DNA of 30,455 nt, from the IMG/VR virus record IMGVR_UViG_3300025387_000054, positions 1-30,455 of that record; one strand, 5' to 3'. Positions 23,983-30,455 of this stretch are shown here, one piece after another; the first letter of the stretch is position 1; every line of letters begins with the position of its first letter. The notes under the pieces are model-generated. The model saw nothing but the letters and a program-made list of their open reading frames with translations. It did not search any database and was not told the DNA's origin. The position numbers and the translations under genes are program-made. The DNA comes from a virus. Lineage: Duplodnaviria; Caudoviricetes.

Positions 23983-24759
23983 TTACCTATTGGGGCTTGC
24001 TGCAACAGCAGGAGACATAGAAGACCATGCAGAAGCAGAGAACTTTTTACGAGCTTCTTCAACAGCAGCCGATGTTAATAACGTCTTATACTGAGCTTCA
24101 TAGCTTTGAGCCATAGCAGGATCATCACTCATGCGTCCAAAGTTACGCTGGAATGCGCTTAAGTAAATCATGCTGGCCATGATGAGAAGATCAGGCAAGT
24201 AAGTGCTAATGAATGTGGTATTGGTTCCAGCCTGACCTGCGTTTGCATATTGATACAAGGTAGGAAGCCTTGACGTTCCAGTCACCGTCACCGTGTAATT
24301 ATTGTCAGGATATGGCCCAAAAATAATGTTGGTGTAAGTATCTCCGCCAGTAGAAGCATCTCCGCCGTACATCGCAAAATAAATGGGCGGAGCAACCGTT
24401 GACGATATTCCGTAAACATTTTGAATGACTTCCTTACTTACAGGCATGATTGGATAGCTTGACCCATCATTTCCCGTAACCTCAATTGTCTGCAAAGTAA
24501 CGAAGTCATTTACAGAAATCTGCAATTGATTGTTGCCGTAAGCCAAAGTATAAGTCTTGGCATTGAGCGATGGCAGCAAGTCCAAATCGCGCTGAATACG
24601 CAATTCTGCGTAGTTCAGCATCTGTGGAATGATGTTATTAAAAGCGGTATCTACGCCAACAACAACGCCGCTAGAAGTCGTAGTGTTTACGACTGCCATC
24701 GTACCTATTTGAGTGACGTAACCGTTGTAGGTTAACGGCGTTGTGTTTGGCGTTGACAT
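23983..24759 (-). CDS. Head-tail adaptor (tail tubular protein A-like)
   Basis: AELRIQRDL, PIYFA, FGPYPDNNYTV, TFISTYLPDLLIMASM; directly upstream of the hub gene. Confidence 0.7.
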   Translation of the reverse strand: MSTPNTTPLTYNGYVTQIGTMAVVNTTTSSGVVVGVDTAFNNIIPQMLNYAELRIQRDLDLLPSLNAKTYTLAYGNNQLQISVNDFVTLQTIEVTGNDGSSYPIMPVSKEVIQNVYGISSTVAPPIYFAMYGGDASTGGDTYTNIIFGPYPDNNYTVTVTGTSRLPTLYQYANAGQAGTNTTFISTYLPDLLIMASMIYLSAFQRNFGRMSDDPAMAQSYEAQYKTLLTSAAVEEARKKFSASAWSSMSPAVAASPNR

Positions 24760-24773
24760 GACCTTTCCCTAAA

Positions 24774-24962
24774 TTAATTTGCTTGAGTAGGGGCTTTAGG
24801 CTGTAAAGAAGCGACTTCTGTCTTTGCCGCGCTTTCAGCGGAAACCAATTCAGATTTTACTTCTGAAACAACTTCTTTTTCAGATTTGTTTTCAAAGTGA
24901 ACATATAGAGAGCAAGCAAACCATCCAGCAATGAAAAACACACACGCAAAAACGATACTCAT
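24774..24962 (-). CDS. Small protein with an N-terminal membrane anchor
   Basis: 62 aa, TAAGGAG RBS, hydrophobic aa 3-21. Confidence 0.7.
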   Translation of the reverse strand: MSIVFACVFFIAGWFACSLYVHFENKSEKEVVSEVKSELVSAESAAKTEVASLQPKAPTQAN

Positions 24963-24974
24963 AAAAACTCCTTA

Positions 24975-25526
24975 TTAATTCCAAGGCAACTTGCCAGTTA
25001 AGGTCTCTGACAAAACTACTACTCCACCAAAAAGCAATCCTGCAACCAAAACAATACCGATAAACAGATTCATTATCAAATCAAATCTTGCCTGAGCCTC
25101 GTCAGCCTCTCTCTGCATTCTGAGCTTCTCAGCCTTAACCTTCTCAGTCTGCTCTTTCTTGGCCTCAAGATAGGCCTCACGCTCATCTTGGCTCATCGCC
25201 CAAATCATCGCTTGTTCTTCCTCGTAAGCCTTCTTCTTGAGCAATACCTGTTTGGCCAGCTCATTAGAAGACGTTACGGCGGCATCGTGATCAGCAATAG
25301 CGGCGTTTGTGGCTCTTTTGGCGATTCGAGTAGTGGCCTTCTTGTTGTTCAAGTTGGCCTGAATAGCCTTTTTGTCAGCATTCTTTTCCTTGTATTGCTT
25401 GTACTCTTCCGCTGTCTGAGCAATGTCTTTGACTAGACCCTTACCTTCTTTCAATACCCCACGAGCGGCCTTGAGCGTTCCCTCAGCCTGATTAAGTGGG
25501 TTGGTAATATCGTCTAATCCAGCCAT
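24975..25526 (-). CDS. Coiled-coil protein with a C-terminal TM helix (lysis cassette)
   Basis: 183 aa K/E/A-rich helix, then LFIGIVLVAGLLFGGVVVL; TAATG-coupled to the endolysin. Confidence 0.75.
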   Translation of the reverse strand: MAGLDDITNPLNQAEGTLKAARGVLKEGKGLVKDIAQTAEEYKQYKEKNADKKAIQANLNNKKATTRIAKRATNAAIADHDAAVTSSNELAKQVLLKKKAYEEEQAMIWAMSQDEREAYLEAKKEQTEKVKAEKLRMQREADEAQARFDLIMNLFIGIVLVAGLLFGGVVVLSETLTGKLPWN

Positions 25527-25945
25527 TACTTGATCTCTTTGCCTGCTTGTAAGTCATGCAAGGATAAGCCGCCACTGTATTGGAAATGAGCCATTTCTTT
25601 AAACGATTTCCAATCTCCGGCCCATTCTAAACCAGCCGCTTTACCCAGTTCCGCAACCTTTTGCCAGACTGGATGAGAACAATCCCAATCAGGCTTCCCG
25701 TTAACCAAGGGAACAATATCAATAGCGCAGCGGTAATTATGAAAAGACTCACCAGCCTTTGCATTTGTAACGATTTTTCCCGGCGCAGTTCTTCCTTGGG
25801 CATACAACGCATTTTGCGACTCCATGTCTCGGTATGTCGATGTGACTAAAATATCGATACCGTGATTCTTGGCATCGGCCAAAAACTGATCTACCCGTGC
25901 CTTAACAACAGGCAATAAATCTTCTAAATTTCTTGAATTAATCAT
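25526..25945 (-). CDS. Endolysin, M15 family (L-Ala-D-Glu peptidase-like)
   Basis: TSTYRD..SQNALYAQGRT.PGKIVTNAKAGESFHNY..AID, WAGDW...E.AHFQ. Confidence 0.92.
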   Translation of the reverse strand: MINSRNLEDLLPVVKARVDQFLADAKNHGIDILVTSTYRDMESQNALYAQGRTAPGKIVTNAKAGESFHNYRCAIDIVPLVNGKPDWDCSHPVWQKVAELGKAAGLEWAGDWKSFKEMAHFQYSGGLSLHDLQAGKEIK

Positions 25946-26448
25946 GATGGGTCCACCGGAGTTGATTTGTGCAAAAGATCATCTTTCTTTTGGCTAGAAG
26001 CAGATGATCCAAAATAGAAACTGATAATTCCAGTCCAAGCAGTGCCTAAACTGCCTAACATAATCATCACTTCGTCACCCTTTACTACTCGCCCCGACAT
26101 CAAGGCAAACAGGATTCCAAAAAATCCAATAGTGACAATGATGGCCATTGCAGGCGGTATCCAAGAATGATTGGCAATCTGCATTTTGCGAGCAGAGTCT
26201 CGATCCTCATTCTCAAGCTTGGCAAAATCCAAACCCATTTCCTGAGCCTTGGCTTTTAAAGCCAACTCAGCTTGTTGCAGAGCCGCTACTTGATCGCCGC
26301 TTAATTTGCCTGAATCCAATACTCGTTGCGCCTCATCTGCTGGCACACCTAATTTGCCAGCCAAAGCCTCAACGGCCATTCCAGCCAAAGGACCGCCCAG
26401 AGCCGAAGCCACGGTAGGTGCAAGCTGCTTTAAAAATGAAAGATCCAT
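25942..26448 (-). CDS. Probable holin
   Basis: LAPTVASALGGPLAG, EDRDSAR, two TM helices, ISFYFGSS; ATGA-coupled to the endolysin. Confidence 0.75.
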   Translation of the reverse strand: MDLSFLKQLAPTVASALGGPLAGMAVEALAGKLGVPADEAQRVLDSGKLSGDQVAALQQAELALKAKAQEMGLDFAKLENEDRDSARKMQIANHSWIPPAMAIIVTIGFFGILFALMSGRVVKGDEVMIMLGSLGTAWTGIISFYFGSSASSQKKDDLLHKSTPVDPS

Positions 26449-26457
26449 ATTAAGCTC

Positions 26458-26631
26458 CTATTTAATTGGCTTTCCAGCAAAAAACATCAAGCCAGAAATA
26501 ACAGCAATTCCAACCAACCAAGCAAGTTTACGCAGGACGTTTTGGCCAATCTCGGCATAAACAATATTCAAAGCTTTGCGAGCAGCTTTTTCCGCAATCG
26601 CGTCCATTTGTTGTTCTGTTAAATCAGTCAT
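26458..26631 (-). CDS. Small membrane protein (57 aa), not in the ORF track
   Basis: MTDLTEQQMDAIAEKAARKALNIVYAEIGQNVLRKLAWLVGIAVISGLMFFAGKPIK*; AGGAG RBS. Confidence 0.8.
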   Translation of the reverse strand: MTDLTEQQMDAIAEKAARKALNIVYAEIGQNVLRKLAWLVGIAVISGLMFFAGKPIK

Positions 26632-26641
26632 CGCCAGTCTC

Positions 26642-27079
26642 CTAGTTGGCCATCATCACGACCCAGTTAGAGCCGTCAGATTGAAGCATGGCGAATTTTC
26701 CTGCTGTCGCAGACAGTATCGCCGTCCCTGCTGTCGCTGAACCTAACGGGACTACATTAGATGAAGCGCTCGTTAATGAATTGTTTGTAATGTTCTTAAC
26801 AAACAGAATTTGACCTGGGTAACTTGACGCTGATAACAAAGTAATAACGCAGTTTGTGGTGGTTATGATTAAAGACGCATCTGAGGTTTTTTGGGTGTAA
26901 GTCCCAGCATTAATGGTTGATGGAGCCTTCAAGGTTAAAGGTCCGTAAATCGTAGTGATCAAAGCAGCCAATTGGCTCGCCGTAACCCTTACCGAGGTTC
27001 CGTTTTGCACAGCAGCCAAAATCTCTTGACCGGTCAGAGAAGTTGCTACAGGCAGGTTTGTGAATGTGACGTTTGACAT
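26642..27079 (-). CDS. Virion fibre/decoration-like protein
   Basis: VTFTNLPVATSLTGQE..VQNGTS N-terminal module; C-terminal beta domain ending LQSDGSNW. Confidence 0.65.
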   Translation of the reverse strand: MSNVTFTNLPVATSLTGQEILAAVQNGTSVRVTASQLAALITTIYGPLTLKAPSTINAGTYTQKTSDASLIITTTNCVITLLSASSYPGQILFVKNITNNSLTSASSNVVPLGSATAGTAILSATAGKFAMLQSDGSNWVVMMAN

Positions 27080-27081
27080 GA

Positions 27082-27819
27082 TTAAATACCCGTTTGAGGA
27101 ATCTGCGTGTAGCCATATGGCAGCGTAACATCAGCAGTTGCCGCCCTAGTGGTTGCAGTGCTAATTGTCCCTGACGGAACAGCCCTATTAGTCGTATAAG
27201 TGAACACGGTAGCGGTAGTTGCTGCCGTTACGTTGTAGAATCCAGAAGCTTCTTTACTGGTCAATCCCTCAATTGAGAATTGATCTCCAGCGTGTAATCC
27301 ATGAGCGGAGCTGCAATTAACGGTGATCGTATTTCCGCCAGTAGAATAGACGGTAAGAACTGGGATAGTGACGTTAAAGTGCAATTTGCCGTTTAGCGGA
27401 GGTACAGCATTTGGGTCAAGGTCCGCAGGAATGCCGATTGGCTGAGGCGTTAAATTCTGGCCATCTTGGGTTACCAACACGTTTTGAGGCGGATTAGGCA
27501 GGCCAGTCTGGGTGTTATAAGTGGTTGGCGCTGAGACAGCAAAATCATCTACTGAGGCCAATTGGAAGTCTTGAATACGGGCATTGATGATTGGCGTAGG
27601 ATCGGCAGGAATGACGATTGCGCGCAGCTGCTCTTGAGGTCTATCAAGGCAATCCCTACAAACCAATATTCGCAAATTCTGTAAAGCAGAACCGCGCCAG
27701 TCGAATTGCCAGCTTAAATCGATCCAGTTATAACGAAATCCGCAACGGTCACATATCGCATGTGCCTGCGGATTACTAGAACTGGTTCTGGCTCGACCTG
27801 CTTGCGATGCATATCCCAT
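27082..27819 (-). CDS. Virion-associated protein with N-terminal CxxC...CxxC and a C-terminal beta domain
   Basis: AICDRCGFRY...LVCRDCLDRPQEQL; C-terminal ITVNCSSAHGLHAGDQFSIEG...FTY resembles the hub's inserted modules. Confidence 0.7.
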   Translation of the reverse strand: MGYASQAGRARTSSSNPQAHAICDRCGFRYNWIDLSWQFDWRGSALQNLRILVCRDCLDRPQEQLRAIVIPADPTPIINARIQDFQLASVDDFAVSAPTTYNTQTGLPNPPQNVLVTQDGQNLTPQPIGIPADLDPNAVPPLNGKLHFNVTIPVLTVYSTGGNTITVNCSSAHGLHAGDQFSIEGLTSKEASGFYNVTAATTATVFTYTTNRAVPSGTISTATTRAATADVTLPYGYTQIPQTGI

Positions 27820-27821
27820 AA

Positions 27822-28553
27822 TTACGGCCTAAAGTAGCTGGAAATTGTGGGAGAAATATATTGTTGAGCTGTTTCGATGTTTTGTTGCGCTGCGATACCG
27901 TAAGATTCGTCAGCCAAAGGTTTGAGCATTTCGAGCTTTTCAGGAGCCCAGATAAGGGCTAATCTCTCGGCCAATCCGAAAGCGAACGCTTCTAAGAAGT
28001 AGTAGGGGATTTCTATTTGCTGGCCATCGGTGAAATTTGAGTCCTGAATCTGCCTTACTCGATAGTAGACAAACTGATTGACCGATCCATCTGGAACCGG
28101 CCACAAGGTCACAGTCGGTGACAGCAACCGATCAAACCAATAGGTCGTAGGAAATCCTTGCTGCTGAGGATTGGGATAAGAAGCATATTCCGTTCTGCTG
28201 ATGGGCAGGATAAGGCGGTTGATAGCCGCCGTACCCTGATTTTGCGTGATGTACGCATCGAGCATCACAATCGTATTGGTTGGAACTTGATATGTAGAAC
28301 AGCCCTGAACGAGATTGATGCATTGCTGATCAACTGTCCATAGGTTAACGCCTTGACTGCTCCAACGGCCTAACATCATGTTTGCGGCCATACGCGCTGA
28401 CTGCATATGCTCTTGAACGAGAGCAGTCGGGCGAATCCCACACAGTTGGTAGGAATACAACGTGATTTCACCCAAGCTTGGAGCGAATGCATATGTGCCG
28501 CTGGTATTAGCGTTGGCAGGCAAGTTGTTGCTGTTCACATAAGTTGTAGCCAT
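27822..28553 (-). CDS. Second head-tail adaptor-like protein
   Basis: TSGTYAF, SARMAANM...W...GVNLWTV, ISRTEYASYPN...G.PT.YWFDR, LWPVPD, P..FLEA...GLA..LA. Confidence 0.7.
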   Translation of the reverse strand: MATTYVNSNNLPANANTSGTYAFAPSLGEITLYSYQLCGIRPTALVQEHMQSARMAANMMLGRWSSQGVNLWTVDQQCINLVQGCSTYQVPTNTIVMLDAYITQNQGTAAINRLILPISRTEYASYPNPQQQGFPTTYWFDRLLSPTVTLWPVPDGSVNQFVYYRVRQIQDSNFTDGQQIEIPYYFLEAFAFGLAERLALIWAPEKLEMLKPLADESYGIAAQQNIETAQQYISPTISSYFRP

Positions 28554-30121
28554 TACGCCGCCTCAGATGATTGGGAAATTGCTGCCAGATTCCTACGCAG
28601 GCGCATATCGTTAGGATCTAAATCGACAGCGTCCTGAGCATGTTTCTTTGCGAGATCATACATCTTTAAATTCCAAGATGCTATAGCCGCGAAGTCATGT
28701 GGCTTCGCTCCCCACACTTCTGGGTCAATGGTGTAAACCATTTCCTTGTTGGTAATCGAAAGGCAAGTTAAGGCAGCGCCATAGCACTCAGCCCAACGGC
28801 CAAGCGTATAGCAGACTCCAGCCAGTTCGCACCACGGCTCTCGCGTGTTGGGCGCTTCAGCGGTGGCTTTACGCAGCCAGTTAATGGCGAGGTCATAATT
28901 GCCTATCTGCACATAGCATCGAGCGATTGTACGCATGGCGTAGCAGCGCTCATTGATCCATGTGGCTCGCGGCAACGCCAAGTAGCGCTCAGCCTCTTTG
29001 ATCGCTTGTTCCCATTGGCCGTGGAAAGACAGCTCTCGCGCATAGTAAAAGGCGTTTCGAGGGCAGTGCGGATCTTCCTCAATGCTGACGCGCAGCAGGT
29101 CTAAATACTGGCCTCTGCTCTTTGTGGGATCTGGCATATGGACCACCAGAAGCTTATTGGTGACCTGCCATTTCTCCTCAATACGGTCAGGCACGGGATA
29201 TTCATGGCAGGGGTGATGCCAGCGGTATCCTTTGCGCGCATGGATCTTTTCGTAGAGGAAAACAATGCCGCATCCCCAGTCAAAGCCATAGCGCATTCGG
29301 GTTGTGCCCTCAATCCATGTTTCCTCAATTGCCTCTCGCCATCCCTCTTGCAAAACCTCATCTAGGTCTAAGCTCACGCAGACATCGACATCAGCAGGGA
29401 GCATATGGAGAGCGGCGTTTCGGGCATCGTCAAAGCGCCAAGGGTTGATGTAGATGTGCTTAACGGTAGCGCCGTTAGCCTCTAGGATTTCTACCGTTTT
29501 GTCGGTAGATCCTGTGTCGGCAACCATGATCAGATCAGCGTCTTTAGCCGCCTTGCAGAATCTTTCAGCAAATTTCTCTTCATTCTTGCTAATGGCATAT
29601 ACCGCGATTTTCAGCTTCTTCTTTTCATTTGAGAACATATAGACTCCAATTTCATTATCAATCTTTGAATAGATAGGATTGCCAAAATATTGCCTGACTT
29701 CCTTGTCAGACCAGTCATCTTTTATGTGTTTTTCGTAGGGGTTTCCCTCGTATTCGTCTTGTGGGTAATGGCCGATTGGGATACTGATAATGACGTTTTT
29801 AGCGCACTTTTTAAGCTTTTCTACAAGCTCAACCGCCTCTTTAGGGGTCATGTGCTCCAAGACATCGCCTGCAATGGATAAGTCGTATTGATCATCAGGA
29901 CTCCATGTTCTGGCATCCTCAACGATCAGTCTGTCGTATAAATCAGAAAGGCCGTATTGCTCAACATACGGCCTCCATACCTCTATCCCAGTCAGATGAG
30001 AATCAGGGAACATCTTTGCGTATGTTCCCGATCCGCAGCCTATATCGAGGATTTTATCGTGCTTAACGCCTAATACTAAATCCTTGATGAATGGCTTTCC
30101 AGATTCTGAACTGAAAGGCAT
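28553..30121 (-). CDS. Fusion of class I SAM methyltransferase, family 2 glycosyltransferase and TPR repeats
   Basis: ILDIGCGSG, GIE, GDVLEH (MTase, about 29625-30121); IAVYAISKNE, DTGSTD, FDDARN, SLDLDE, HE (GT2); FYYAREL...A...ERYL, A...P..REPW..LA (TPR). Confidence 0.9.
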   Translation of the reverse strand: MPFSSESGKPFIKDLVLGVKHDKILDIGCGSGTYAKMFPDSHLTGIEVWRPYVEQYGLSDLYDRLIVEDARTWSPDDQYDLSIAGDVLEHMTPKEAVELVEKLKKCAKNVIISIPIGHYPQDEYEGNPYEKHIKDDWSDKEVRQYFGNPIYSKIDNEIGVYMFSNEKKKLKIAVYAISKNEEKFAERFCKAAKDADLIMVADTGSTDKTVEILEANGATVKHIYINPWRFDDARNAALHMLPADVDVCVSLDLDEVLQEGWREAIEETWIEGTTRMRYGFDWGCGIVFLYEKIHARKGYRWHHPCHEYPVPDRIEEKWQVTNKLLVVHMPDPTKSRGQYLDLLRVSIEEDPHCPRNAFYYARELSFHGQWEQAIKEAERYLALPRATWINERCYAMRTIARCYVQIGNYDLAINWLRKATAEAPNTREPWCELAGVCYTLGRWAECYGAALTCLSITNKEMVYTIDPEVWGAKPHDFAAIASWNLKMYDLAKKHAQDAVDLDPNDMRLRRNLAAISQSSEAA

Positions 30122-30124
30122 ACA

Positions 30125-30292
30125 TTAAGAAACTTTAGGCGCTTCTGGAGCTGGAGAAGCGGCCAATTGAGTTTCTGCCTGTTGCTTTACCTTTTGAACC
30201 AGATTCCAAGCGCCAGTCTTGGTTGGCAACTCGCCCAGAACTTGCAACAAGAAATTTACTTCATCAACATTCAAGATTAAATTAACGTCCAT
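30125..30292 (-). CDS. Small hypothetical protein (55 aa), not in the ORF track
   Basis: MDVNLILNVDEVNFLLQVLGELPTKTGAWNLVQKVKQQAETQLAASPAPEAPKVS*; TAAGGAG RBS. Confidence 0.8.
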   Translation of the reverse strand: MDVNLILNVDEVNFLLQVLGELPTKTGAWNLVQKVKQQAETQLAASPAPEAPKVS

Positions 30293-30302
30293 CTTCATCT
30301 CC

Positions 30303-30455
30303 TTATTTAAAGATCATTCCAGCAAACAACAATAAAATTGCCCCAAAAGCGGCAATCATAACCATTTCTATCCTCTTTAATCTAGCATTTGTAGCTCTAA
30401 ATTGGATATCAACAGAGTCAAATCGCGCATCCATAATCTGAATATGCGCTTTTAA
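30303..30455 (-). CDS. 3' part of a small coiled-coil protein with a C-terminal TM helix (start outside the window)
   Basis: ...ARFDSVDIQFRATNARLKRIEMVMIAAFGAILLLFAGMIFK*. Confidence 0.7.
   Translation of the reverse strand, partial: LKAHIQIMDARFDSVDIQFRATNARLKRIEMVMIAAFGAILLLFAGMIFK

Overview
A 30.5-kb fragment of a tailed dsDNA phage or prophage using the standard genetic code. Its virion module looks podovirus-like and the host is probably a Gram-negative proteobacterium (inference). Bases 1-7031 (minus strand) hold an early/accessory region: a long C5-cytosine methyltransferase missed by the ORF track (1402 to <1) with an array of TRD-like modules and a nested out-of-frame gene that has its own RBS, a RuvC-like resolvase, about 20 small translationally coupled ORFs, an HTH regulator and a DUF932-family protein. 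Three related sigma70-type promoters in this region share a spacer motif. Bases 7283-9055 (plus strand) encode a PD-(D/E)XK nuclease, a probable ssDNA-binding protein and a hypothetical protein. Bases 9052-30455 (minus strand) are late genes: a Gly-rich tail-tip protein, a repetitive tail fibre, two ejection-type proteins (one with two matched 18-aa repeat arrays, an internal peptidase S74 domain and a cluster of xxGG motifs), a GNAT protein, a modular basic protein, a P22 gp10-like hub, two adaptor-like proteins, a lysis cassette (holin, M15 endolysin) and a SAM-methyltransferase-GT2-TPR fusion. No capsid, portal, terminase, integrase, tRNA or CRISPR array was recognised. All family calls come from motif recognition by eye, not database searches.
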